Shown here: positions 10,449 through 21,456 of the stretch, one piece after another | How positions within the stretch are numbered: position 1 is the stretch's first letter | Layout of the letters: each line of letters begins with the position of its first letter | Assembly: GCA_963748215.1 (NCBI GenBank) | Contig: CAVVHS010000006.1 | Location: 800,001-864,000, forward strand | Source: an uncultured Gammaproteobacteria bacterium | GTDB taxonomy: Bacteria > Pseudomonadota > Gammaproteobacteria > UBA9214 | DNA: 64,000 nt | Direction of reading: 5' to 3' | Made by a program: the position numbers and the translations under genes | The notes under the pieces: generated by a model | What the model was told of the DNA's origin: nothing | What the model saw: only the letters and a program-made list of their open reading frames with translations | The model's database searches: none

Positions 10449-11184
10449 TGACCGTACCCCCGTAATCCGAGCCATGCGGGTCGAGGGAACTGGTGACGGC
10501 CGCGCAACGGCTACGGGCCATGGATCACCTCAAGAACCGCGGTGTCAGCGAACGCCGGGGCTGCCGGCTGACGGGCTTCAGCCGATCGGCCGCCTGGTAC
10601 CCGGTGAAGGGACGCGATGTTGCCGATCCCAGGGCGCGCCACAAGGCGCTGGCAGAGTGTTATCCCCACTACGGCTATCCGACGCTGCACGACATGCTTC
10701 GGCGTGAGTGTCTGGTGCAGATCCCCAAATGCACCAACCGGATCTACCGGGAGGAATGGCTGCAGGTAGTCGACTTCTCGATCTCCGGTCAGCGCCTGGC
10801 GCGTGAGCTGGACCGGCTGGTCTAGCGTCGACCGTTACCCAAGGCCATCGTCTGCGACAACGGGCCGGAACTGACCAGCAAGGCGATGTTCTTCCGGTCG
10901 GGCAAGTCCGGCGTGAAGCTGTATTTCATTCAGCCGGGCAAGCCGACCCAGAACGCCTTTGTCGAGAGCTTCAATGGCAAGTTTCGGGAGTACTGCCTGG
11001 GTCTGCACTGGTTTGCCAGCCTGGAAGTTGCCCGGTCAACGAGCGAGGACTGGCGTGACCACAACAACCACGTCAGGCCGCACCGGGCACTGGGCAGGAA
11101 ACCGCCTGCGGTGTTCGCCAAAGAGGCTGCCTGATACGATCAGTCTCCCACATACCACCATGCTCGCATTCAGGGGTGCGGTCA
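10449..11184 (+). mobile_element. Internally deleted IS3-family element with both terminal IRs
   Basis: TGACCGTACCCC...GGGGTGCGGTCA IRs; broken orfB with CDNGPEL and PGKPTQNAFVESFNG. Confidence 0.85.
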
Positions 11185-11351
11185 CACCACCGCCAGATCA
11201 GGCCGAACGCAGCCCGCGATGCTTTTAGCCGATCTCCTCCAGGTTTGGAAATCACCGAAAAGGTGGGTTATCTACCCTGTACGCCACTTCTACCAAGTAA
11301 GCCGAGGCACACGCAAACCACGAGTTAGCCGGTTTCGTTTTGCACGCTACT

Positions 11352-12176
11352 TTATCTAAGCCACTGCCACAGCCGATTGAATCGATTGACCATCTTCTCA
11401 ACGGTACCCGCCTGAGGAATGTCAAACAACGGCCGGGATAACTCACCGACGAGATTCAAAAACAGCCTGGGATGGGGTGTTACCGAGCGAGCCGTGACTC
11501 CATGCAACGAGTGGATCGAGTTGATCAGGAACACGGCCACGTTTCTTTCATACTCGACCGTGCTGACCACTTCCAGATTCTGGCGGCCAGTAAACTGGTG
11601 TTCAAACTTCATTGGTTGGCCGTCGCGCGATGCATACAACTCGAGCGCGCCGCCGGACGAATCATCTTGATCACTGCGCAAGTAGAAGAGACCAGCAAAC
11701 AACTTGTTGGGCAAATCAACATGCGGTCCGCGCACGGTGCTTGTGCGACGCCTGATAGGCGTGTTAACGCAGATTTGCGCATCGAGCAAGATGTCTGCAT
11801 CCGAGAAGGTGTCAACATTGCGCACACCGGCAGCAAGTTGGTCCAGTTGACCATAGCAGTCTTCCAGCCAGGGATACAGCGAGCGGATATTGCCGCCAAA
11901 GACACGCATCACATCGCCGAGGAATCTTTGACTTACGTGTTCTTCCACCAGATCGTGCCAACACTGGGCAATCTGCGAGTTAGCGCGCACACTGCGGCAC
12001 GAATAGCTAAACCGCCAGTTGTTACCGTAGTTTCGACCCTGGGTAATCGTATCTATCGGTGGGAATTGTTGGATCAACTGCTGGCAAAGTTCGTCATCCA
12101 GGGCGTCCCTAATGACCAGATGCGGGAATGGGTGCTCTATAACCTGCTGATCGGAGATGTTTGATAAGAGCGTCAT
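11352..12176 (-). CDS. 2OG-Fe(II) oxygenase superfamily protein
   Basis: HPFPHLVI, PHVD (HxD), GGALELY and SLHGVT..R motifs. Likely start at ATG 12176; the longer ORF runs through IS91 sequence. Confidence 0.8.
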   Translation of the reverse strand: MTLLSNISDQQVIEHPFPHLVIRDALDDELCQQLIQQFPPIDTITQGRNYGNNWRFSYSCRSVRANSQIAQCWHDLVEEHVSQRFLGDVMRVFGGNIRSLYPWLEDCYGQLDQLAAGVRNVDTFSDADILLDAQICVNTPIRRRTSTVRGPHVDLPNKLFAGLFYLRSDQDDSSGGALELYASRDGQPMKFEHQFTGRQNLEVVSTVEYERNVAVFLINSIHSLHGVTARSVTPHPRLFLNLVGELSRPLFDIPQAGTVEKMVNRFNRLWQWLR

Positions 12177-12192
12177 TAGCTGTACCAGAAGA

Positions 12193-12375
12193 GGGTAGAA
12201 AGTATAAACCACGCATTTTGAAGGAATCCACACCGGAGCAGAGCACCACCACAGATAATATGCCAGGTTTTCCAGATGATCACCGGGTGTTCGATACTGG
12301 CGTTCACCTTGACCGTACCTCCGCAGGTCTGGCAGGTCTCGATGTCGATCCAGAACGCGCTTGAGGCGCTGTCCG
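12193..12375 (-). mobile_element. IS91/ISCR remnant A (transposase C-terminus plus oriIS-like end)
   Basis: IDIETCQTCGGTVKVNASIE; degenerate copy of the terminal block shared by all five remnants. Confidence 0.75.
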
Positions 12376-12444
12376 CTGTACGGCCAAGTCGATACACCCG
12401 GTGCTTGCCACCGACCTAACCCATCTCGCGCAGATCCCGGCACA

Positions 12445-12925
12445 CCGTGTGATTACCGTATGCTCCACCACTCTCCAACCAGAACTGCTTGATTAAACCA
12501 GCAGCTGCTAGAGAGCGGGCCTGTTCGGCTTCGGTTACCGTAACCGTGCGTAATAGCCGTTTGGGTGCACCTCAAGCAGGCGACATGAGCGTCGCACAGG
12601 CCGTGCAGCGCTGAATACCTTGAAGAAGTGTTCTCCACTTGGATTGGTTGGCGAAGTACACCGCAGTTTATTTAGGATGTCGCGTCCTCTTTCGTGCGCC
12701 GCAGCTGGGCGCGGAGTCCGAGTATCTCGCTCTCGGCTTCAACCGGTTCAGCTACTTGCTGCTCTGTTTTATCAGCCTGAACCGCTTTTGACCACTCGTA
12801 TGAGCTATGACTGGACGCACTCAGGCGACCCGAGACTTCGGACACTGAGAAACCACGATCAATGACCTGACGAACGGATTCATCTTTAAATTCGGGTGAG
12901 TTACGCTGACTGCCCAGTGGAACCT
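12445..12925 (-). mobile_element. IS3-family remnant; orfA fused in frame to the upstream glycosyltransferase
   Basis: GSQRNSPEFKDESVRQVIDRGFSVSEVS is an IS3 orfA-type HTH; degraded orfB start follows. Confidence 0.65.
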
Positions 12926-13583
12926 GCATTGCTCGGTATTCTTTCCACCAGACCTCAGAAAAATCACAATCACTGTAATCATTAAAGTATGGCCCACCAA
13001 GTGTAAAGTGGATAAGTGCAGGTAATTCCTCTGGCCTGTCATATTCATCAACCAGGAAATTCCACTCCAGTGGCAATTCACCAATTAATGAAACATTTTG
13101 AAGCCATTTGAATTGATGCAAGTATAAGCCGCTCTCATTATTCACGACTTCAGGGGTCAATGCCTTACATTTCCTGTTATTGAACAGCATTACCGATGAC
13201 CAATTCTTTTTTTCATACTTGCTTTGTGTCTGATTTAGAAATTTAGTAGATGTTTTTGGGGTGTAATCGTGCTTGACAACCTGAACGGCATACTGATCGT
13301 CAAACATGTCGACCAATTCCTTGATATCACGCGTCACGATCATATCGCAGTCCATAAATAACGATACCCCCTGATAATCGGACAAATAGGGGACCAGGAA
13401 TCTAGAGTAAGAAAACTCCGTTGAAGACAATTCTCCTTTATCGCGCTGATAAACCGGCTTAAGTGTATCTCTCGCAAGCGGGGTTATCGAAACGGGCACA
13501 CTGGATCGCATCAAAATAGAATGGCAAAGTGTATGGAATGCAATAATCTCCTGGCTATCATAGCCAACAAAAATTCTTATCAT
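12672..13583 (-). CDS. GT-A (GT8-like) glycosyltransferase with IS-derived C-terminal extension
   Basis: IFVGYD, STEFSYSRFLVP, FMDCDM, KKNWSSVMLFN and IHFTLGGP motifs. Confidence 0.85.
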   Translation of the reverse strand: MIRIFVGYDSQEIIAFHTLCHSILMRSSVPVSITPLARDTLKPVYQRDKGELSSTEFSYSRFLVPYLSDYQGVSLFMDCDMIVTRDIKELVDMFDDQYAVQVVKHDYTPKTSTKFLNQTQSKYEKKNWSSVMLFNNRKCKALTPEVVNNESGLYLHQFKWLQNVSLIGELPLEWNFLVDEYDRPEELPALIHFTLGGPYFNDYSDCDFSEVWWKEYRAMQVPLGSQRNSPEFKDESVRQVIDRGFSVSEVSGRLSASSHSSYEWSKAVQADKTEQQVAEPVEAESEILGLRAQLRRTKEDATS

Positions 13584-13894
13584 TGGTATTTAGCCCCGCG
13601 ATTCGCTATAGCTTGATAATCAAGGAACGCTTGCGCTGCATATTCATGTTGTGAAACTGTAATAAGTAATTTAGCGGAACAGAACCATATGGTGAACAAA
13701 CGATAATATTTAACAGTTACACCAGAAACAGATGAAATGGCTGAGTGAGATCGCAAGCAAAGTGCAACAAACCGTTCCAGATTCAATTTTTTGACCCTCG
13801 GTAACCAAAAGTTAAAAAATATGAATGAAAATATTCCACGCGTAGTTGTTATGCGCCAATTGATTGGCAAACATATCCATGTCGTTGAATGAGA

Positions 13895-14632
13895 ATTGGA
13901 AGGATAACCCACGTAGTTCAAAAGAATCCACCCCGGAGCAGAGCACCGCACCGGTATCCTGGCCGCTGAATCTTTGTGATCCGGGCACCAACAGGCAGAT
14001 TGCGCCCGCCTGCCATCCGCTTTTACCGGCCATTTGCTCACACCACGGTGGGGGACCGGCCAACCGGCCGCGGCCACCCCTGCCCGCCCATCTGTCGGGC
14101 TGGCATCCTTGCCGGTTAATGTGAATTCACAGATTCCCGTATGCCAGACGTCAACTCCAACCGCTGGACGGCACACGCAGCTCCGGTAGCCGCAATACTT
14201 ATCTGCCCGGGTCCGTTTCCCCCGGATGTGCCAGAATTTTGCTGATCTCACCAGGTCTTGGATACTGGTAACCATCTTGAGCGCGCCGCCGCAGGCCTGG
14301 CAGGTCTCGATGTCGATGCGGAACACGCGCTTGCGGTGCCGTGCCCAGCTCATCGCTACCCTTGCACTGGACTCTTCGTAGCTGCCTGTGCAGGTTAGGG
14401 TCTGCAGGCTGCAGGCCTTACGGCCTTGATGTGGGCCTACCACAATGCGGTAGGTGATGGAACTTCCCAGCACCCTCGCCAGGCCGGTCTCATCCGCCGG
14501 CTCAAGGGCCAGGCAGCTGTTCTCCAGATCGCGCAGCAGCAACACCTGACGCTCCAGGTATCACCCCGTCCACTCGCAGACGGTATAGAAGAGGTGCTCC
14601 AGTTCTGCACGGTCGGGCCCCTTTACCCGCTG
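13895..14632 (-). mobile_element. IS91/ISCR remnant B
   Basis: SITYRIVVGPHQGRKACSLQTL and RVFRIDIETCQACGGA, internally deleted; oriIS-like end near 13895. Confidence 0.8.
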
Positions 14633-14784
14633 AGCAGAAATATTTCTGAAGTGCTTGACGAGCATGAGAAGTATGCGCACCTACGAATAAGCGACAGGAA
14701 ACAATTCGAAATAAATATTATTTCAGGACTATTTACCCGCCCAAGCAACTCTCTCTGCTTACAGGACACATAGGAACATAAAGT

Positions 14785-17334
14785 TTAGCAATTTCTTAAT
14801 TGTATGTTAGTTCGCTGTTTCACAATTTCTTTTATGTATTTTTCTTCAAAAGATGGGTTATGGGGGAAACGCTCGATTTGCTTTTTTTTGCGGCCGATAT
14901 GTCCTGAAGTAAAAAAATCGAATCCATAAAGATCCAATGACTGTATGGGCAAATCCTTGATCATTTCAAACAGGATTATTCCAGTGGAAGGGTCTATTTT
15001 GAATCGTTTACGAAGTCGCTTCTGGTATTTGAAATCAGTCCTGATTGTAGTATTCCAGAGCTTCGGGCATAAATTCCAGAGTGAAGGGTGCGGCCATAAC
15101 TGGATGGCACCATGGAACAAGCGGCTGAAAGTTTTTTGTCTGCGCCTGTCTGTCGTGGCGAACGACCAGATGTCAGTTCTCTTGCCGATATGCAGTATGT
15201 TGGTGTATTGACGGAGTATATCTTCAGGCGCTTCAGGGGAGACAATGATATGTTTCTCTGATGGTCTTGTCTTTCTGTCAATGAATACCTCGTTAATCCA
15301 TTCTTCAGGTATCAATGCTTGGCCTTGTTTATTTTTTTTCGACAGGTATGGGTATCCCAGGTTCATTCGGATCACGATATCATGACTGTCAATTTCCGAT
15401 CCCCATTCACGGTTCAATAAACACCGACCATTGCCGACCAAGGCGATGGATTTGCCTTCGAACAAATCAAGATTCAACTGATCGGGTAAGGCTTTATTCA
15501 TCAGCTTCATGATGCTGTTGAAGCGTTTCACTTTGGAGATAGATGGTATATCTATTAGTTCCGTGGCTTTTGTCTCGGCCATCAGTCCAATGTCACTCAG
15601 ATACTGATTTTTGTATTCAACCTGCATGTTGTTATGAAGGTTCATCTTGAATTGTTCTGTATTCAGCAGACAGCCTTTGTTAAACAGGTAATTCTGGATG
15701 AAAAAGAGATATTCGAGAGCAGGTTGCTTACGCATAATAGCCGCTTCGTAGGCATTTTGTATGTCATGGTTATTGGGTTTTGACTTAATGCATATCAGAT
15801 CGTAAATAGCACGCCCAAAGGTTATTACTGGTTTTTCGTGCAATATAGCTTCAAAGCCAACACCTGAGTTTATGACGAAGACAGCTTTGGATGCCTTGAT
15901 ATAGGCATGTATGTGGCCTTTGGTGACAAACTTGTAATACCTGGATTTCCTTGCGAAAAGCCGGGCCATGAGACCGGGACTTGATAACGGATGAAGCTTG
16001 AGTAATACCCGGGTTTTTGATGTTTCCGCCCAGTTAAGAACGGCATTCAAAACCTCATCAAAGCTGTATTCAGAATGGTATCTAATAGTTTCATCGTGTG
16101 GTATCTGAAGTGGGAAAAACACCTCGAAAGGCCATGATGTAATTTCTGCTGCTTTTTGCGAGATTTTGGTGATTCCTTGCGACTTGATGTCTTCTATAAG
16201 CATCTCAGCTTGACCGGTATCACATCTTTCGATCAGCGACTTTTCTCCATAGTAGCTGGCGCTTGCCGCCCACCCTCTACTGTCTAGCGTGAAAAAGAAG
16301 GGATAAAGTTCCTGCATGTAAAAATGGCACCGTTTGTCCGGTATTTGCCCAGCACTCTTATGCGGGACGTAGATACAGTCATGCGGCAGTGACTTGATAA
16401 ATTCAAGATTGATTTTAAAGAGTGGAAGGCAGATGAGTTCAGCTGTATACCCAGATGACTGTAAAGCATCCCTGACCATTTTCGGGAAGAACTGCCAATA
16501 GATCCTGACCGGGTCATGGAGGCGTTTCCGCATTACATTAATTCTGGTTGAGGTTTTTTGCTTAAAGCCAAGATCGACTCGTGGCGCCAGAATGGCAATG
16601 GTTTTCCTGCTCCTAAACTGACTGAGTATCTCCTGTTCCTTATGGTTTAATAGTTCATTGCTGTCTTTACGATCACCCTTGGCGCTCCATATGCTGCTTG
16701 CAGGCTCGAAATCCCAGTCAACATAGCGTTTATCCAGGTGAGCCAGTTTTAGGGATGGCATTTGGATGATGCTTCGGTAAAGCAGCGCCTGATCCTGGTA
16801 CCAGGCATATTTGTTCAATGAGTGAGTGAAACCTCTCAACAGGCGTCCTGTGCATTTGTTATGGCGAAACCAGATCAAGGCGCCAAGGACTTTTCTGCTT
16901 TCCAGTTTACGTTTGAAACGGGTGTGTATGGCAATATCGGCATGTCGATACTGATTTGACAGGATATGGAGGTCTTTCAGAACCAGGTTGTCTATATCGG
17001 TGAATATGGCATCGATTCCGTAATGCTCGAACACCTTTTGAAACTCGATGAATCGTTGGACGACATAATAGCCACGCCGGCTTTTCTTGTTTAACGAATC
17101 AGGGCATTCATCTGCTTCGTACAGAATGATTTCTGTAGATTTGGCGAGCCGCCGGATATCATCAAGCTGCTGCGTGATAGCGTCATTCGTGCCGAACACA
17201 CATAGTATTAATAGTTGTCCTGGTGAGTGGATATCGATGGATGCGATGAAGGCTTCTGCATGCCGCTCGAAATAATGCCGATCACAGGCGGTGAATATCA
17301 GTTGGGTGTAGGGGTATTTCGGGCTTGTGATCAC
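14785..17334 (-). CDS. Multidomain capsule glycosyltransferase: GT-A domain + KpsS-like (GT107) domain + GT29 sialyltransferase-like domain
   Basis: FTDIDN and WYQDQ (GT-A). PLQIPHD, KLHP, INSGVGFEA (Capsule_synth). IALVGNG..EIDSHDIVIRMN, PSTG, LYGFDF, H....E (sialylmotif-like). Confidence 0.78.
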   Translation of the reverse strand: MITSPKYPYTQLIFTACDRHYFERHAEAFIASIDIHSPGQLLILCVFGTNDAITQQLDDIRRLAKSTEIILYEADECPDSLNKKSRRGYYVVQRFIEFQKVFEHYGIDAIFTDIDNLVLKDLHILSNQYRHADIAIHTRFKRKLESRKVLGALIWFRHNKCTGRLLRGFTHSLNKYAWYQDQALLYRSIIQMPSLKLAHLDKRYVDWDFEPASSIWSAKGDRKDSNELLNHKEQEILSQFRSRKTIAILAPRVDLGFKQKTSTRINVMRKRLHDPVRIYWQFFPKMVRDALQSSGYTAELICLPLFKINLEFIKSLPHDCIYVPHKSAGQIPDKRCHFYMQELYPFFFTLDSRGWAASASYYGEKSLIERCDTGQAEMLIEDIKSQGITKISQKAAEITSWPFEVFFPLQIPHDETIRYHSEYSFDEVLNAVLNWAETSKTRVLLKLHPLSSPGLMARLFARKSRYYKFVTKGHIHAYIKASKAVFVINSGVGFEAILHEKPVITFGRAIYDLICIKSKPNNHDIQNAYEAAIMRKQPALEYLFFIQNYLFNKGCLLNTEQFKMNLHNNMQVEYKNQYLSDIGLMAETKATELIDIPSISKVKRFNSIMKLMNKALPDQLNLDLFEGKSIALVGNGRCLLNREWGSEIDSHDIVIRMNLGYPYLSKKNKQGQALIPEEWINEVFIDRKTRPSEKHIIVSPEAPEDILRQYTNILHIGKRTDIWSFATTDRRRQKTFSRLFHGAIQLWPHPSLWNLCPKLWNTTIRTDFKYQKRLRKRFKIDPSTGIILFEMIKDLPIQSLDLYGFDFFTSGHIGRKKKQIERFPHNPSFEEKYIKEIVKQRTNIQLRNC

Positions 17335-17374
17335 AGAAACAGGAAACGGTTAAATGAAGCGTTAATTCGGGAAA

Positions 17375-17620
17375 CAGGAAGCATAACCCACGTATTTCGA
17401 AAGAATCCACCCCGGAACAGAGCACCACACCGGCATCCTTGCCGCTGAATCTTTGTGATCCCGCCACCAACAGGCCAATCGCGACCGCCTGCCACCGGCT
17501 TTCACCGGCCCTTTGCTCACACCACGGTTGGTGGGACTGGCCAACCGGCTGCAGCCGATCCAGATCATCCTGCAGCGGGCAGATGCACTCGATATCGACC
17601 TGGTCGCCAGGGTGAGCGAA
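17375..17620 (-). mobile_element. IS91/ISCR remnant C
   Basis: GGAAGCATAACCCACGTATTTCGAAAGAATCCACCCCGG end block; VDIECIC fragment. Confidence 0.7.
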
Positions 17621-17892
17621 TGCAGGCCGCTGGATGAATCCGTGACTATGTGTGTATTGGTTCCCAATCACATATCAGGATGATGCGATCGTATCCAACT
17701 TCATGTGTGTTTATCGTGTTTATTCCCTTCAGGCATAATCACGCGTTTATGCCAGGCAGATAATCAGAAAACCGACCAGGGCAAGAAGCGTACCGAAACC
17801 CTACGGTCTTCCCGAGCATACCGTTGAACTACCGCATTGTTCGATGGCAATTCGGGAGAAACAAGACTGCGGGACAAATAATGCAAGAACGA

Positions 17893-18891
17893 TTAACCGC
17901 GTACTGCCCCGCTGCCCAAATCGTAAATTTGCAAAATACCAACGACTTTTCCGGCATCTCCCGTCACGATCAGTGAGTTGACTTTCGCCTCCTGCATGAT
18001 CTCCTCGGCCACTGAAAAACGCTCATTCACGTCGATGGTAATCGGATTAACGGTCATTAACTGGCTGGCGGCCAACCCTCTTGGATCATCCTCACTATCG
18101 AGAGCACGCCGGATGTCCCCGTCGGTAATAATCCCCTGCAAGCGATCCCCATCCATCACCATCGCCAGCCCGAGTCGGCCACGCGTAATGCTGTGTACGA
18201 CATCGCGGAAATTTTCATTGGCTGAGCATTTAGGAAGGTTCAGCCGATGCATTACATCAGAAACACGGGTGAGCAACTTACGACCCAAACTGCCGCCTGG
18301 ATGAAAGCGCGCGAAATCTTCTGGTTGGAATCCACGCATGGTTGACAGCACAACTGCCAATGCGTCTCCCATGACCAAGGTAGCCGTGGTGGAGCTGGTC
18401 GGCGCAAGGTTGTTGTTACAGGCTTCTCTCGGAACCGAGATGTCGAGCACGACGTCTGCATGCTTCGCCAAGGTTGAGTCTTTATTCCCTGTCATGGCAA
18501 TGACTGGATTCTTTTGGTACTCCATGAAAGGAAGCAGGCGGATCAGTTCCTCCGTCTCCCCACTGTTTGAAATCATCAGGGCAACGTCGGACGGGCGAAT
18601 CATTCCCAAGTCACCATGAAAGGCCTCCCCGGGATGCACAAAAAAGGATGGTGTCCCTGTGGAGGCCAATGTCGCGGCTATTTTTTTGCCGATGATACCG
18701 GACTTTCCCATCCCTACCACGACCACCATGCCCCGCGCATTCAATGCCAACTCGAGCGCTTTTTCAAACCTGTCATCCAGGCGAGTGGCCATCCCATCGA
18801 GAGCTGCCATTTCGGTGGCAATCACGCTTCTTCCCAAATCGATCAGATTTGTCTCTGCACTGCGGGCTGATACGCCAACCTGATTACTCAT
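17893..18891 (-). CDS. kpsF: Arabinose-5-phosphate isomerase KpsF/KdsD (SIS + 2 CBS)
   Basis: GMGKSG, HPGEAFHGDLG, APTSSTT and FHPGGSLG motifs. Confidence 0.95.
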   Translation of the reverse strand: MSNQVGVSARSAETNLIDLGRSVIATEMAALDGMATRLDDRFEKALELALNARGMVVVVGMGKSGIIGKKIAATLASTGTPSFFVHPGEAFHGDLGMIRPSDVALMISNSGETEELIRLLPFMEYQKNPVIAMTGNKDSTLAKHADVVLDISVPREACNNNLAPTSSTTATLVMGDALAVVLSTMRGFQPEDFARFHPGGSLGRKLLTRVSDVMHRLNLPKCSANENFRDVVHSITRGRLGLAMVMDGDRLQGIITDGDIRRALDSEDDPRGLAASQLMTVNPITIDVNERFSVAEEIMQEAKVNSLIVTGDAGKVVGILQIYDLGSGAVRG

Positions 18892-19266
18892 TGAGCCACC
18901 TCACTCGTGATCGAAGAATATCCTTCTACAGCCCCTGAACATGCGCCTTCACCCGAGCCGGATGTATAGCATCAGCCAACTCACGTAATTCGCTCACCCG
19001 GCCAGACGTTTGTGACGTCGCCATTGCTTATTCCTTTACGCAGGACGGTGATTCTGCTACCGCATATGACATGCCTCAAACAGTTCGCACGATGACTTCG
19101 CTTATCCCTGGCACCAATAGCGCCTTCCCATAGAGATGCTGGATCATCTGTTTACCATGAATATACGCGAGCGGATTACCGGGCTATCGCAACGAATAGT
19201 AGCGAGGATGTCATTGAGCTCACGTTCAAACCAGTAAAATCAGGTCCGGTTTGATGATTCAATCTA

Positions 19267-21447
19267 TTAGTTTATTATTTTTTTTCGCTCTAAATACTCA
19301 TACAGTGGAACAAACACATCTACCACCTGCTCCATGATTGGCACACTTCTACTCCCACGATATATTCTGATCGCTAAATTATCCTTCTTTACCGGGCGCG
19401 GCGAAACAGCACTGTCGGACTTCTTAGAAGCACTCGAAGAATCAATCCCCGCGCCAGATATTTGCATAAGATAGGATTTCAGTGGAACCTGATTTGGTTG
19501 TTCACCAATTTCCACCGGCTCAGGAAGTACATTTCTAATGTAAGAAAATTCAATCTTTGAAACAATCTTTATAGCTTTCCCATCAGAATCTTTTGCAGTT
19601 TCATATCCCGACTTACCAAAACTATAAAAATTAAAAACTAAATAATATAGGTATTTATAAAGAGCTGCTTCATCGACATCTAATTTAGCCCCTGAAAGAT
19701 CTAGCAACTCATCAAAAGAATTTGCTTGATATGCTAGCCCCGGATGCGCGTAAAATGCGTTCCCACATACGATGACAGGCTTGCCGAAAGCCAAAGCCAA
19801 CAACCCCACTCCTGAGTTAATCACCACCACCCTATCGGCGAGTTCGATAAGATCGTGAACATGAGTATCATCTGGAACAAATAGCACACCTTCAATATCC
19901 GGTTGCTCAGATTCCAATGGGTGCCGCTTCACTAGTATCACAACCTCTGCTGGGTTTATATGTTTAGCCAAACCTCCAATCCACTGGTTAAACTGCTCTG
20001 TGGATTCCACGGGACCGGCAAAAATTCTTGTAGCGGTATCATTCGGTCTTTGAAGAGCTACAATTATTACTTCCCTTTCACCTAAACTAAAACAGCTTCG
20101 CCAATACTCACTAGAACGACGGATCCCATTGTGTTCCAAAGTATTATCAGAATCACGAAAATTATCGAGCCAAACCTTAATCTTTGATTCCTTTGTAGAA
20201 TCGAGAGGCTTATTCCATAAAGATTCACTATAGCTGTCGCTATCTCCTAAAAACCCCCCTCTATCAAAGAACCAACTATCAGGAAGCGCCCCCCTATCAA
20301 AAACTATGAAAGGTATCTTATTCTTTTTGACAGCCGCATAAAGTTCCTGGCGATGCGGATTTCCGTATGGATTCAAAAAGAATACTTGAGTAAATCCCCT
20401 TTTCTGGATCACAGAGAGCAAATCTTCAGCTGTTTCAAACCATCTCTCTGGAAACCAGTCATACACCCCAAGTGCTGGCAATACTTGACGGATCGCCTTT
20501 GCTGGCTTTGAATGTGGATCAACCATAACTAGAGTTTTATGACTAGATCGTGGGTCACTCAATGGTGCCAATTGGCAACCACCTGCATCCGTTTCCTTCA
20601 TCCTCCGCTGTAATAGTTTAAAATTATTCTGTGAACGCCTATAGGATTTATCCGTCGCCTCCCTACGGGGATGTTCCAAGTGGACCATCGAAATCCCACG
20701 CATAAATACATCCGCGCCATACAAGGCAAAAAAGGACCTAAAACCCTCATACCTGCCATCAAACTGAGTAATATTCTCGTAATATTTCTTCGGCCGGCCG
20801 GAACGAGGGGTTTCGCGTGCAACACGGTGATAGAACTCAAAGTCCTCAGCACCATGGCCTACAAAACTTGGATCATGACCCCCAGTCGTAAGATAATAAT
20901 ACCTATTCATCACGGTTGCGGAACTACCCAAGGCTACATGTTTAACGTACTGCCTACGCCCCTTAAGCGCATAATCATGTATAGATTGATCTACGTGATA
21001 GCCATTACCACTCTCATACCCATCCAAATATAATTCTGTGCCATGTATAGTTAGGAAAATAGTTGGCACACACAGAAAATCATATCCCCTTTTATCGAAT
21101 TTTCTCCTTTCGACCTCTTCAAAGAGACGATGATATGTTTTTTTGCTGCAAAGAAAATCAATATCATGGAACATGATAATATCTGTAGTCGACTGCTGCG
21201 CACCTATATCCCGCGCACGACCTATACTAAACGGAAGACCCTCAGAATCTACTCGATAAATGTCGACATGATCGAAATTTTCCGCGATATCTGATAATTC
21301 ATAGCTACGCTCCGATACGGTACCATAATCAATTATTAACACCTTGAAATAATCTTTTGGTATAGATTGAACTATACGGGTAATCCGTCTTGTTTCATCA
21401 TACAATCTCTCAACAGATAATCGGACCGGAATCACTGCAGTTATCAT
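19267..21447 (-). CDS. Bifunctional capsule polymerase-like protein: GT2 + Capsule_synth (GT107-like)
   Basis: FHDIDF and GGHD..F.GHGAEDFE (GT2). LQRPNDT, KRHPLE, INSGVG (GT107-like). AT-rich. Confidence 0.8.
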   Translation of the reverse strand: MITAVIPVRLSVERLYDETRRITRIVQSIPKDYFKVLIIDYGTVSERSYELSDIAENFDHVDIYRVDSEGLPFSIGRARDIGAQQSTTDIIMFHDIDFLCSKKTYHRLFEEVERRKFDKRGYDFLCVPTIFLTIHGTELYLDGYESGNGYHVDQSIHDYALKGRRQYVKHVALGSSATVMNRYYYLTTGGHDPSFVGHGAEDFEFYHRVARETPRSGRPKKYYENITQFDGRYEGFRSFFALYGADVFMRGISMVHLEHPRREATDKSYRRSQNNFKLLQRRMKETDAGGCQLAPLSDPRSSHKTLVMVDPHSKPAKAIRQVLPALGVYDWFPERWFETAEDLLSVIQKRGFTQVFFLNPYGNPHRQELYAAVKKNKIPFIVFDRGALPDSWFFDRGGFLGDSDSYSESLWNKPLDSTKESKIKVWLDNFRDSDNTLEHNGIRRSSEYWRSCFSLGEREVIIVALQRPNDTATRIFAGPVESTEQFNQWIGGLAKHINPAEVVILVKRHPLESEQPDIEGVLFVPDDTHVHDLIELADRVVVINSGVGLLALAFGKPVIVCGNAFYAHPGLAYQANSFDELLDLSGAKLDVDEAALYKYLYYLVFNFYSFGKSGYETAKDSDGKAIKIVSKIEFSYIRNVLPEPVEIGEQPNQVPLKSYLMQISGAGIDSSSASKKSDSAVSPRPVKKDNLAIRIYRGSRSVPIMEQVVDVFVPLYEYLERKKIIN

Positions 21448-21456
21448 ACATACATC

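Noticed and set aside
13580-14545. 321-aa ORF as a real gene
   Set aside because: Chimera of a deleted IS91 transposase and non-coding AT-rich sequence.
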